DNA of 63,150 nt, counting the filler, from Octopus bimaculoides (Eukaryota), in the NCBI RefSeq assembly GCF_001194135.2. It is 5 parts of 3 records of this genome, joined end to end, with 100 filler letters (N's around TTAATTAATTAA, not from the genome) between each part and the next. Parts side by side here need not be neighbours in the genome. Positions count along the whole stretch, not along the records: positions 22,760 to 51,257 come from NC_068983.1; positions 51,358 to 53,737 come from NC_068999.1; 3 more parts are not named here. The stretch is one strand, 5' to 3'. Positions 38,475 to 51,479 of the stretch are shown one piece after another. The translations under genes were made by a program, and so were the position numbers. The notes under the pieces are model-generated. The model was given only the letters and a program-made list of their open reading frames with translations, was not told where the DNA came from and ran no database searches. Each line of letters begins with the position of its first letter. Position 1 is the stretch's first letter.

Positions 38475-39924
38475 NNNNNNNNNNNNNNNNNNNNNNNNNN
38501 NNNNNNNNNNNNNNNNNNNNNNNNNNNNNNNNNNNNNNNNNNNNNNNNNNNNNNNNNNNNNNNNNNNNNNNNNNNNNNNNNNNNNNNNNNNNNNNNNNNN
38601 NNNNNNNNNNNNNNNNNNNNNNNNNNNNNNNNNNNNNNNNNNNNNNNNNNNNNNNNNNNNNNNNNNNNNNNNNNNNNNNNNNNNNNNNNNNNNNNNNNNN
38701 NNNNNNNNNNNNNNNNNNNNNNNNNNNNNNNNNNNNNNNNNNNNNNNNNNNNNNNNNNNNNNNNNNNNNNNNNNNNNNNNNNNNNNNNNNNNNNNNNNNN
38801 NNNNNNNNNNNNNNNNNNNNNNNNNNNNNNNNNNNNNNNNNNNNNNNNNNNNNNNNNNNNNNNNNNNNNNNNNNNNNNNNNNNNNNNNNNNNNNNNNNNN
38901 NNNNNNNNNNNNNNNNNNNNNNNNNNNNNNNNNNNNNNNNNNNNNNNNNNNNNNNNNNNNNNNNNNNNNNNNNNNNNNNNNNNNNNNNNNNNNNNNNNNN
39001 NNNNNNNNNNNNNNNNNNNNNNNNNNNNNNNNNNNNNNNNNNNNNNNNNNNNNNNNNNNNNNNNNNNNNNNNATATATATGTGTGTGTATATATAGAATT
39101 GTATCTAAACATATTTTATGTACTCGTAAGCACATGTATGTATTATGTATGTAAGTATATATGTATGTATGTATGTATGTATGAATACTTATGCAAATCA
39201 TTAGGCTTTCAAACACTCAATGTGATTTTACGATGCTTCATTCATCAATTTAACGCATAAGCTCACACGCACAAAGCATACGCACACAGACACATTTACA
39301 CACACACACACATACACATNNNNNNNNNNNNNNNNNNNNNNNNNNNNNNNNNNNNNNNNNNNNNNNNNNNNNNNNNNNNNNNNNNNNNNNNNNNNNNNNN
39401 NNNNNNNNNNNNNNNNNNNATATAAGGTGTTTGTGTGTATATAAGGTAACGTAGAATCCAAAGTAGCTGGTGGTGATATAAGTCTTCAAAACTTGTTTAA
39501 TTTAGTAAAAGTGACAGAAAGATTCAGGTGAAATTGTCGAATGACGTGGAGTATCCAATGTTTCGGGCATGCAGCTAGATGCAATACAGAGGGGATGATG
39601 AACGCAGTTGTATTTCTTGTAATCAGACATATATGTTCGATCATGGTTGACCTTTGGGTAAACTGTCACAACAACAAATACTTTATTATATGCCTGCTGA
39701 AGTGAACTGAATGTTAATTAGCCTGAATTAGAGCACAAAATACAAAAGTCGCAAAATCTATAGCGATTAACGAGATGAAAAGAAAACGAACGTTGACACT
39801 TAATTCATAATTCATATACAGTTCATTCACACATATACACAACCTGATTTCATCGCTAAGCCTGAGAGTTTCCCAGGGACCGTGAGAAGCATTTGTTTTA
39901 TTTTATCTTTCATTTTATCTTTCC

Positions 39925-40141
39925 AAGGTGACGAGTTAGGCAAAATAGATAGCTCGCGGGACAAAATGCTTAGCGACAATCCAGTCATCTTTACGTTCTG
40001 AGTTCAAATTTTGCAGAGGTCGACTTTGCCTTTTAAAGTTTCGGAAGCGAAGGAATAAATACCAGTCGAGCAATGGTGTTGATGCAGTCGACCAGCCCTC
40101 TCTAAAATTTCAGTCCTTTTGCCTGTTCATGAAAGGATTAG
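39925..40141 (+). mobile_element. SINE family A, degraded full-length copy
   Basis: ggtgacgagttaggca..tttacgttctgagttcaaatt..ggtcgactttgcct..accagtcgagca..gatgcagtcgac. Confidence 0.75.
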
Positions 40142-40717
40142 TCCTTCTGAGTGAATTGGTACAGTAGCAGGCAAAATTCCATTCGAAGTATAGTTACGTC
40201 TCTTTATGATATGAGTTCAAAACCCCAATAATTCGATACTGTCCCTACAAATATATGTGGATTCAAACTAATGAAATTGCAGCAGCTTGGGGGTGTATTA
40301 AATAAGTATTGGGGCCTTATGTTTTAAAATTTGTGTTTTTATATTTAAATTAGAAATTAATATTTTCTTTATATTAGATGAAGGAAATAGATGTAAATTC
40401 GGTACAATTTCGAATATGTGTACAAGGAGACCCTCCTTGCATAAAATTTGTCGGAAGATCAACGTGTATAAAAACTAGTATTTCTCTGATAAAAGTCACA
40501 ATATCATATGCGGCGTGAGACAAAGTGCGGATGTGTATGTATGTATGTATGTATGTATGTACATATGTATGTATGTATATATGTACGTATGTACGTGTGT
40601 GTTTGTGTGTGTCTCTATGTGTGTATACAAAATATAAAAAGGAATACTATTATTGACGTGCCAGTATAAAAATAACAAACATTGTATATAGGAGGGAGAC
40701 TAAAAACCGTCCCAGTT

Positions 40718-40930
40718 GCGGGTAACAAGAACGAGAAATGCATTTCGGCCATCATGTGCCTTGTCAATAACATACACTCGTATCTTGTCGCATAGCAAAC
40801 AGTGAATACTACTATACGTGGTTTTGCGAATGCACTATTCACTGCTTCCATGACATATCGATACTTGCGAGTATGCGTCATTGACAAAGCGCAAAAACTA
40901 CGAAATGCATTTGGCGTTCTCGCTAACCGC
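40718..40930. repeat. Divergent pair of 50-bp hammerhead-like motifs
   Basis: The minus strand of 40718-40767 and the plus strand of 40881-40930 are 37/50 identical; both read ttgacaa..cgaaatgcattt. Confidence 0.6.
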
Positions 40931-41339
40931 TGCCGATGAGGTTCTTCGTATGCAGATATGTGTGTGTGTGTGTATGTGTGTGTGTGTATGTGTGTGTGTG
41001 TGTGTGTGAATTAACATATATATTTCTGCTAGCAACTTGCATCTATATGCAAGGGTCTTTTGTTTAGAAGATATATTGTATTATAAGTCATTGCAGTGAT
41101 AAAGTGATAGAGTGATGACCTTCAATACCCAGAGATGTATTACTTTGACTTCTAGCCTCTTACGTTCAACAATGTAAGGCCTATACTACCAACAACACCA
41201 AACGCTATACGATTTTTTCTTCTACCACTGATATATTTTGGAGGTTTTAAACACGGCGCGTTCTTGGTGGATATTAACCCCGTCAGAATACAGCAGGAAA
41301 TATTTGTTCTGTCAGGAAGCGCTTGGTTCGAATGACCCC

Positions 41340-41380
<41 letters not shown>

Positions 41381-42916
41381 GTAAATGTCAAACGATGAAT
41401 ATGAGTGCTCAACACTGCATAGGTGAATATAATTTATTTATTTATGAATTAAGGCTACCATTGTTTTCATGTTAAGAAAAGTAGAAAATATCCTTATATC
41501 TTAACGAGTTTTCAAGCCGATCACATGGAGTAAGGAGTTCGCNNNNNNNNNNNNNNNNNNNNNNNNNNNNNNNNNNNNNNNNNNNNNNNNNNNNNNNNNN
41601 NNNNNNNNNNNNNNNNNNNNNNNNNNNNNNNNNNNNNNNNNNNNNNNNNNNNNNNNNNNNNNNNNNNNNNNNNNNNNNNNNNNNNNNNNNNNNNNNNNNN
41701 NNNNNNNNNNNNNNNNNNNNNNNNNNNNNNNNNNNNNNNNNNNNNNNNNNNNNNNNNNNNNNNNNNNNNNNNNNNNNNNNNNNNNNNNNNNNNNNNNNNN
41801 NNNNNNNNNNNNNNNNNNNNNNNNNNNNNNNNNNNNNNNNNNNNNNNNNNNNNNNNNNNNNNNNNNNNNNNNNNNNNNNNNNNNNNNNNNNNNNNNNNNN
41901 NNNNNNNNNNNNNNNNNNNNNNNNNNNNNNNNNNNNNNNNNNNNNNNNNNNNNNNNNNNNNNNNNNNNNNNNNNNNNNNNNNNNNNNNNNNNNNNNNNNN
42001 NNNNNNNNNNNNNNNNNNNNNNNNNNNNNNNNTATATATATATATATATGTAGGTGTATTGACGCCCTTAGTCTCAGTTAACGACGATTTATATTTTTCC
42101 TTTATGGTATCACATTGCGCATGGCTGTTTGTATTAATTTATATATATATGGGGGCGGGGTGTATGTGTGTTTATGCATGTACTTAGGCTTGAAATTCTT
42201 TTAATTTCGTTCTCTATTGTGGAAGTTAGAAAGCTTTTTACAGCTTGTTACCTTAATTTAGACTAAGAAATGAAGTGTGGTGGTGTGTGTGTAAGGGGTA
42301 GGGGTGTGTCCGTATGCTTTTGTATAAAATCTGTAACATGGGCTTTGATCCTAATGCATGTAACTGTGCATCGATGAGCGTGTTAAACGTGAGGAGTGAC
42401 GGCGTCTGTATATTCCATCGTTTTATGACAACATTATATTTACTAACTGTCAGCTGACAAATCACATAAATTACTGCTACCAGCTGGCGTATATTTATGT
42501 TTGCACACGAACATACATGCGTAACAATGTACACCCAGACAAGCAATCGTAAGCACAAACACACATGTGTTTATATTAGCATGTGCGTATGTATGTAGCG
42601 TCTCTGCTATTTTTCATTATTTGAATTCTTCCTATAAGAAAGGAGCTGATTTCTAACAAAGATACAATATCTCCATCGTTGGACTGTAGTTAAGAAAAAC
42701 AATGTCATATGTACAGCTTGAGAAAAAGTGTTGCATAATTTTTACTTTCCCGTTTAGGGATTGTACTAGAATGTGCGTGTTAGCTAGATAATTTCATTTT
42801 CTGAATTTCCAGATTATCACATGGGCATTTACTAACTAAACTAAGTGCACCAATTATTATTAGCATAAATGTGCACTTGTAACCTGGATGTAGAAGCTGA
42901 AGTTTCCATATAAGTA

Positions 42917-42956
<40 letters not shown>

Positions 42957-43609
42957 AAAGACTTTTTCAATTCCCGAGCGTTATACTAATACATCTGCTT
43001 GCTTTCTACACTACCTGTCTTCGTCTTTTGTTTTTTGTGAATTCTCGCTGTATATATATATATATACATATACATACTCAAAGATACATTATATATGCGT
43101 TAATGGGTATATATGAGTCTATACCTAATACAGCGTTTATATTTTGCATCAAAGTTTACTTTGGTGGAAGTAATCTCAGCTTTGTATATAACAGCTTATG
43201 CATTGCGATACTTTGTGAGATAGCATATGCTGTCTATATTATATACTATTCGTAATATTGGCACTATATCTTATTTAATTATTGCGTCTGTTAAATAGCT
43301 TTGAAATGGTATATCATTCAAGGTTAGGAATGTTTTTGGAGAATATAGACATAATATTCAGTGAAAGAAGTGAAATATATAACATTTGGGCGCCTTCTAT
43401 TTGTTAAAATTTGGCAGACTAGATGCAGTAATATATCTGTTAAGTATAAAGTCCTGGTGATTGCTTTATGAAAAACGGACAGATTTATATGATGCATAAT
43501 TATCTGTTTGTATGGATATATATTCATATAGTCAACTTTAAAATTTTATAGAACGTTGATATATATTATCGGGCCTTGGGTCTCGTGTATATACACACAC
43601 ACACACATA

Positions 43610-43653
<44 letters not shown>

Positions 43654-43722
43654 ATATGTATATATATGAAAATGTGTATATACACATATGTATATATATA
43701 TGTATGTATATATTTATGTATG

Positions 43723-43787
<65 letters not shown>

Positions 43788-44232
43788 TTATCTATATATC
43801 TATGTATATATTCGCTTTTAAAGAATTAAGGTTGTTTACATCTGCTTGAAAATGTATGAGCAGGAAATGAAATACTAAATATATATTCATATGTCTGCTT
43901 CCATAACTTATTCATCACACAAGAACTACCAAAACCTTAGAACCCATGTACTATATTTAAGTTGTACAGACTGAAAGTATGTCCCTTTTCTAAAACTATA
44001 CTTAAAATATTCCCTACCAAGTTATCAAATTAAAATGTTAACAAACACCAACTTTAAATTTAGCTTCAATAAATATGAATTCTCCACATAAACACTTGCC
44101 TGACTGTGTGACTAAGAATCTCGTTTTGCAGTCACGTGGCTTCGGTTGCGGGTTGAGTCCCGCTTCGATACGCTCTGGTTACGTATTTCGTTGTTGTCGT
44201 CGTGGTCCGGCCAATGTTTTATGAGTGAATTT

Positions 44233-44271
<39 letters not shown>

Positions 44272-45034
44272 NNNNNNNNNNNNNNNNNNNNNNNNNNNNN
44301 NNNNNNNNNNNNNNNNNNNNNNNNNNNNNNNNNNNNNNNNNNNNNNNNNNNNNNNNNNNNNNNNNNNNNNNNNNNNNNNNNNNNNNNNNNNNNNNNNNNN
44401 NNNNNNNNNNNNNNNNNNNNNNNNNNNNNNNNNNNNNNNNNNNNNNNNNNNNNNNNNNNNNNNNNNNNNNNNNNNNNNNNNNNNNNNNNNNNNNNNNNNN
44501 NNNNNNNNNNNNNNNNNNNNNNNNNNNNNNNNNNNNNNNNNNNNNNNNNNNNNNNNNNNNNNNNNNNNNNNNNNNNNNNNNNNNNNNNNNNNNNNNNNNN
44601 NNNNNNNNNNNNNNNNNNNNNNNNNNNNNNNNNNNNNNNNNNNNNNNNNNNNNNNNNNNNNNNNNNNNNNNNNNNNNNNNNNNNNNNNNNNNNNNNNNNN
44701 NNNNNNNNNNNNNNNNNNNNNNNNNNNNNNNNNNNNNNNNNNNNNNNNNNNNNNNNNNNNNNNNNNNNNNNNNNNNNNNNNNNNNNNNNNNNNNNNNNNN
44801 NNNNNNNNNNNNNNNNNNNNNNNNNNNNNNNNNNNNNNNNNNNNNNNNNNNNNNNNNNNNNNNNNNNNNNNNNNNNNNNNNNNNNNNNNNNNNNNNNNNN
44901 NNNNNNNNNNNNNNNNNNNNNNNNNNNNNNNNNNNNNNNNNNNNNNNNNNNNNNNNNNNNNNNNNNNNNNNNNNNNNNNNNNNNNNNNNNNNNNNNNNNN
45001 NNNNNNNNNNNNNNNNNNNNNNNNNNNNNNNNNN

Positions 45035-45076
<42 letters not shown>

Positions 45077-45574
45077 CACACGCAACTTTATAACCAGTGT
45101 TGTTTAAGTCTTCACAACTGAATGGTTCAGCAATAGAGATGGATGAAAAATGTACCAGCTTTTTGTTTTAATGAAAGGGTATTTGGATCGATATATCCGA
45201 CTAAAAGCCTTGAGGGTCGAGCCCCAGTATGGCTGCAGAAAAGTGACTGAAACAGTTAAATTAAAAGTTATAAGAATAGAAGATAGCAATGATTATATAC
45301 GCTTGGAACAATGAATATTTTTAATAATTTTACAATCAACAATGATCCGGATGACCGAGGACTTGTTCCTTGTGCTCTTATTTGTATGCAACAATTTACC
45401 TCTTTAGTGCAATGAACACTTGATGCCATTTTACATTTAATATTTAATTGCCGTCTTTGCTGTGAAATAAAGCATTGTAATGAATAACTGACTTAATTAT
45501 TCATACTTCAGAAGAAAAAAAAAACTTTACCGGACAGTTTATAATAGACTCATTCTCTTTTAAAAGCAACTCAC

Positions 45575-45710
45575 AGCTGTTGGTTATTAAATATGACCTC
45601 GATGTCTGAAACACACTTAAATAAACTCGTACATTTATGCATACATACAACGTTATATACTCTACTGTATGCATCTTTCTTCTTTAGCTGGTCGCCTGAT
45701 AGCATAGTTA
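45575..45710 (-). CDS. Candidate 136-nt exon, product unknown
   Basis: ctctctaacttgttttctag|TAACT...CAACAGCT|gtgagt; open frame TMLSGDQLKKKDAYSRVYNV..DIEVIFNNQQL; phase-compatible with the 51155 donor. Confidence 0.3.
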
Positions 45711-47285
45711 CTAGAAAACAAGTTAGAGAGGCAGAAATATAACAAAAGACATAGTAAGAGAGAATGAGAACACAAAAATAAAACAAAAAACCTAATATCC
45801 TTTCTACAACTATTCATTCTTTAAATTTCATTAAACTTTTGGTATTTTTTTATGTTCTTCCAACTAGGATACCTTTCTGAAGTTTGTACATTGTACTGGT
45901 TCTGTATTTTTCTTAGGATTGTAAGTTCAGTCATAATTCTTCCAGTCATGTATTTAACTATGAAGACCCTCTGATAATAATTAGAATCAAAATGGATTTG
46001 TACTTCGGACGCTGGGGCTGCAAACCTGTTTTCTGTGGTCTATGAATGCTTTCTACCTCTTTTACGTTTCTCACGAGATTTCTAGTAAGATTGCTGATCT
46101 ATTTACTAACTGCGACAGATATCTGAGAGTTTCGTTTACCGCAGATTTTACTTTACTTTTATAACCTGGGCCTCATATATTGTTCCAAAGATTTAGAGAT
46201 TCCGCGTTCCCTCTTCATTGTGTGCTTATTAATTATTTAAACAAACTGCGTTTAATATTTTAATCGTATTTATAACTGTGCATTCGGTTAGTGGGTAAAC
46301 AACAGTAAACGCAAACTGTCGCACTGTAGTACACATAGCAGCCGATAGTAATCGTTGTTCTTAATGTTTATGTCTAAATTAATGTTAAATTGCGGTTTCC
46401 GATGGATATAATGAATGAGAACTAGGATTGCCGAACACTAGACAACTTGAATGTGCTTCTAATACTTTGTCTATCAGCGGTTCTCAGATTTCCTGTAATG
46501 TAACACACCATCAAATATAATGCCATAGTCCAACTACTCTACATCCATGATCCTGTGCATCGTTCTTCATTCATTTTTTAACAATGAGGAATTTTGTACT
46601 GCGCTGTATATTCCTATTACATACAGTTTATTCAGCTGTTGTAATATCATTAATATAATATCATCAACAGTAGACTATTAAAGATGTATATTGATATTAT
46701 CTGGTACAGATCATATGCGAAACGCTCTGGTAGGCTATTAAGCTACAATTATTTCTTTGGTTGGTTTTGCACGTGCCAATTTGGGATGCTTTAATGTTCC
46801 CTTCATACTCCTTTCGTACAATAAAATGAAGTCCGTTGAGGCGATGGAGAAGTATTCGTAATTAATATCTTGTTACACTATCTAGATCTGTCGATCTGAA
46901 ATTTGGCTGTTTCTAAAGTATTTATTCCAGTACTATTCCGATTATAGCTATATAATGTACTATAGATTAATAACCAACTTTGTATGTTACGAAGACTGTA
47001 AGTAATACGTCTATGAGATATGTTCTTGGACAGAAAAAATGGGAAGCAATACTGTTTTGCGACAAAAGTAAACAATATACGTCTATACAATATGTTATTG
47101 AACAAAAAAAAAAAAGGAAGAGTTGTTCTCTTTTTTTTCTGCGCACGAACTTGTATAGATGTATTGTTTATATTCGTCGTAGTACATAGTTTGGACTATT
47201 AAATCTATAGATATGTTATGTAGTACATTAAAGCAATCACACGAAACACTGTTAACCCATTAGTAATTTAATATTGCATTTATTC

Positions 47286-47505
47286 AAGGCAGTTAACTGG
47301 CAGAATCGTTAGCACGCCGACCAAATTGCTTATCCGCATTTCGTCCATCTTTATGTTTTTAACTCAAACTCCGCTTAGGCTGACCTTGCCTTTTATTCTA
47401 TCGGAGTCGATAAAATAAGTACCAACTGAATATTGGGATCGATGTAATCGACTTATCCCATCCGCTGAAATTACAAGCCTTGTGCTAAAATTTGAAACCA
47501 GTATT
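47286..47505 (+). mobile_element. SINE family A, full-length (aattacaagccttgtgctaaaatttgaaacc tail type)
   Basis: Head, central domain and tail all recognisable; a more degraded copy lies at about 48085-48305. Confidence 0.8.
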
Positions 47506-49113
47506 ACATTTATTCCAACATTAGTTTGAGTCTCGTATTTGCAGTTTTCTTTTCTCACTTTCTGCGTTTATTTTGGTTTTCTTGTTAAATCAAATTCTTA
47601 GACCCATCAGGGGTTTCTTGCAATATTCTACTTCGAATTTCGGTGACATTAACTGTCTTGTTTATGTTAAAGTTCTGATAGACCGATGTATTATATTAAA
47701 GTTCTGATAGACTGATTTAGGATCTTTGGCAAGTACTTTGTTTAGCTATTAACGTCTTTCGTTTATATCGTGCTAATTTGCTTTATATTTCACATGTAGT
47801 AGTGAGTTTCGTTTACACAACATAAGCAAGCTGCTGTTCCAGGGTTTCAAATTTCCTAACTATCAAACACTTATATATATATATATTTGTTTATGATTTT
47901 TCAGTCAAATTCCTTTTGAGTTAAGATTTTATGACTGTGAGTATCTCTAAATGCTTCCTTCGCAATGAGAATCTCTCATTCAGAATGTTTTAATATATAC
48001 AGATCATGCTTTTGTTTTCTGTTTTTGGCATCCTTTTGGTATATCGGCAATGTGATTGCAGTAATATATTACGAGGGTTAACATCTGGTAGTTGATTGTC
48101 CGATTTGCGGTAGAATTGTTAGGGCATCGAACAAAATACTTCGTAGTATTTAGGCGCAGCTCTTTACGTTCTAAGATAAAATTCCGCCGACATTAACTTT
48201 ATATTTTATCTCCCTGAGGTTGATAAAGTATTGGGCTCAATTTCACAGACTTAGCCTCACTTTACTAAATGTTAAGGTCTTGTGCCTAAACTAGAAATAT
48301 TATTGTCATCATTCTATTGTTGTCCCCCGCCCCTGTACGTTTGTACAGGTGCTTTTCGTTTCTAGACCATTATTTTTTTCTGGGTTGGCTAGGATTAACG
48401 ATTATAACTTAATGTAAACTTAATATGATATAACCTTAGCGCAACAGTAATCTTTTTTGTGATATAACCTTATCCCTAAACTTAATCGTTTTACTGAGGT
48501 TTTTAGCGTAGGATTAGGTTCCGAATGTTTAATATACCAAGACTAAACCAGCGTAGTGCCTCTCGATATTTTGCACCTCAGCGGCCATTTCACCGAATGG
48601 AGTTTTATAAATGCCGCTTCTTCGCGTTGTTTTGCATAAAAAAATATCAAAAGTTAGTTTTACCCATATTCGCTTAAATAATTTCATCCATTAAATGAGT
48701 CTGTTTTTAGATATTACGTGGACTAATAACCCTGTGTTAAAAGTTTATGGAAATCACTGAAGCAGGCGAGAGCTTAAATAATGAAATTATAGTGGAACTG
48801 GAATCATCCTTAGCCATGACATAATGTTCACAGACGACTTCGTTGTGCTTTCATTCAAGATGGACACGAGTAGCAACATCCCATGAGACAGTCCTCAAAA
48901 TTGTTGAAATTTCTGTCGACATGAAATCAATGGTAGCCTTGTTAGCACACAAATAAATAGTTATCCACCAACATAGTTTTCAGCACTCATTCTCACCACT
49001 CGATATTAACAGTATAATGTATAATGTAGTTATATAATATATATATATTCGCCATGATAGATTGCTAGCCAATACAGATTCTTTATTTTTTCTCCTTGTT
49101 TTTGTCTGAGTTC

Positions 49114-49149
49114 CTTTCTGTGGAAGAGCCTAGGTTCGAAACGTTAAAG
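49114..49149 (+). ncRNA. Hammerhead-like motif with variant core (CUGUGGA-A)
   Basis: cttt-ctgtgga-a-gagc[ctag]gttc-gaaa-cg-tt-aaag; same family as 22862-22898. Confidence 0.45.
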
Positions 49150-49169
49150 ACATTCTCACTTCCCCAGCG

Positions 49170-49222
49170 TTAAACTAATACATCTGTTTAAACTAATACA
49201 TCTGTTTAAACTAATACATCTG
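49170..49222. repeat. 18-bp tandem repeat, 3 copies (ttaaactaatacatctgt)
   Basis: Units start at 49170, 49188 and 49206. Confidence 0.95.
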
Positions 49223-49561
49223 CATATATATATGTATATATATATATATNNNNNNNNNNNNNNNNNNNNNNNNNNNNNNNNNNNNNNNNNNNNNNNNNNN
49301 NNNNNNNNNNNNNNNNNNNNNNNNNNNNNNNNNNNNNNNNNNNNNNNNNNNNNNNNNNNNNNNNNNNNNNNNNNNNNNNNNNNNNNNNNNNNNNNNNNNN
49401 NNNNNNNNNNNNNNNNNNNNNNNNNNNNNNNNNNNNNNNNNNNNNNNNNNNNNNNNNNNNNNNNNNNNNNNNNNNNNNNNNNNNNNNNNNNNNNNNNNNN
49501 NNNNNNNNNNNNNNNNNNNNNNNNNNNNNNNNNNNNNNNNNNNNNNNNNNNNNNNNNNCTC

Positions 49562-49594
<33 letters not shown>

Positions 49595-49595
49595 C

Positions 49596-49642
<47 letters not shown>

Positions 49643-49661
49643 TTTCTCACCTATATATATT

Positions 49662-49701
<40 letters not shown>

Positions 49702-50055
49702 TGTATGGGTATGGATATGTATGTATGCTTATATTTACACGACGGGGTTTCATACAGTTCCATCAACTCGATTTACCCAAAGACACTGGTACTTCTAATG
49801 TAATATTTATTAGAAGGCACTTAACCAAGATGTCTTCCAGTGAGACTGAACCTCAAATCACACGATCTCGAAGCGAACTCCTTAACCACACACACACACA
49901 CACACACACACTTACAGACACACGCACACACACACACATATCCCATTCACTGAAAATATTTTTTAAAACATGAAATAAAATGCAACATATGTTAAAGAAT
50001 GATTGATTTGTAAAGTATTCCATCACGCATATCTCTCCTCAACGATAAATATTTC

Positions 50056-50730
50056 ATATTCTTTTCTACTCTAGGCACAAGGCCCGAAATTTTGGGGGAG
50101 GCGGGGGATTGGCAGTCGATTAGCTTAACTCCAGTACGCAACTGGTAGTTAATTTATCGACCACGAAAGGATGAAAGCAAAGTCGACCTCGGCGGAATAT
50201 GAACTCAGAACCTAAAGCTAGACGAAACACCGCGAAGCATTTCTGCCCGACTAGTTAACGTTTCTGCCAGCTCGCCACCTTGATGGATGTATTATATTCT
50301 TTTCTACTCTAGGCACAAGGCCCGAAATTTTGGGGGAGGGTGCCAGTCGATTAGATCGACCCCAGTACGAAACTAGTACTTAATTTATCGACCCCGAAAG
50401 TATAAAAGGCGAAGTCGACATCGGCGAATTTGAACTCAGAACGTAAAGACAGACGAAATAATGGTAAGCATGTCGCCCAGCGTGAAAACTTTTCTGATTT
50501 CTTTATTTCCCACAAGGGGCTAAACATAGAGGGTAGAAACAAAGACAGACAAAGAGATTAAGTCGTTTATATCGTCCCCAGTGCGTAACTGGTACTTAAT
50601 TTATCGACCCCGAAAGGATGAAAGGCGAAGTTAACATCGGCGGAATTTGATCTCAGAACGTAAAGACAGACGAAATACCAATTTCTTTATTGCCCACAGG
50701 GGGCTAAACACAGAATGGTCCAAAACAACT
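50056..50730 (-). mobile_element. Head-to-tail array of four SINE family A units with two tail types
   Basis: Two units end in caaaatttcgggccttgtgcctagagtagaaaagaatat; two end in tttagccccttgtggg..aaagaaat. Confidence 0.88.
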
Positions 50731-51154
50731 GATTGGGAGCAGTAATGCAAATGGTTTACATAAAATATGACTTTAAAAATTATATAAAATATAAAAAAAT
50801 AGAATGACATTAACAGTACATTAGACAACACAAATGAAGCGATGATCAGGCCACGCTTCGACCCCACAAGCCCCAATCTATCACTGGCACCTTTCTTTTG
50901 TTTTCCTTTTTTTTTCCTGACTATTCACACGGTTCCTTGCACGCACAACACTCGTGCAACATGCTTCCATCTCTTTTGGAACGTACACTCCGACAGACAT
51001 CTCCTCTCCAGCCACACTTTCCTTTTCAAATGAAAAGTAAAAAATGAACGTAAATTGTGGCCAGAGATAAAGTTGCCTGTCTTAATTCCTTTTATCCTCG
51101 TCTTTCATACTGCCTCTTTCGCTATTGCTACAACCGTGAGAAAACAAGTCTTAC

Positions 51155-51257
51155 CTTCGTTTGTTAAAACTCCCGGTGGGTCAATTTTTATAATTGACTC
51201 AGTCGACAGCTGTACTCTTCCTTCGCCGGACAACAGGTGTTCAGCATAAGCCCACAT
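51155..51257 (-). CDS. Candidate exon, 5' end lost in a linker gap; product unknown
   Basis: The only frame open to the donor reads MWAYAEHLLSGEGRVQLSTESIIKIDPPGVLTNE, ending GAAG|gtaaga; non-repetitive composition. Confidence 0.45.
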
Positions 51258-51357
51258 NNNNNNNNNNNNNNNNNNNNNNNNNNNNNNNNNNNNNNNNNNN
51301 NTTAATTAATTAANNNNNNNNNNNNNNNNNNNNNNNNNNNNNNNNNNNNNNNNNNNN

Positions 51358-51406
<49 letters not shown>

Positions 51407-51479
51407 TACATATACGTATTTTCAATCTTTCGTTCTCTCTCTCTCTTCCCGCGCCTAAACGATTACACTGCAACCAACT

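Noticed and set aside
41244-41340. Plus-strand exon VLNTARSWWILTPSEYSRKYLFCQEALGSNDP
   Set aside because: Needs a rare GAG acceptor and a weak donor; an overlapping minus-strand candidate competes; no family could be assigned with confidence.
42328-42450. MGFDPNACNC.. as a metallothionein-like ORF
   Set aside because: The Cys pattern does not continue and the similarity is limited to a few residues.
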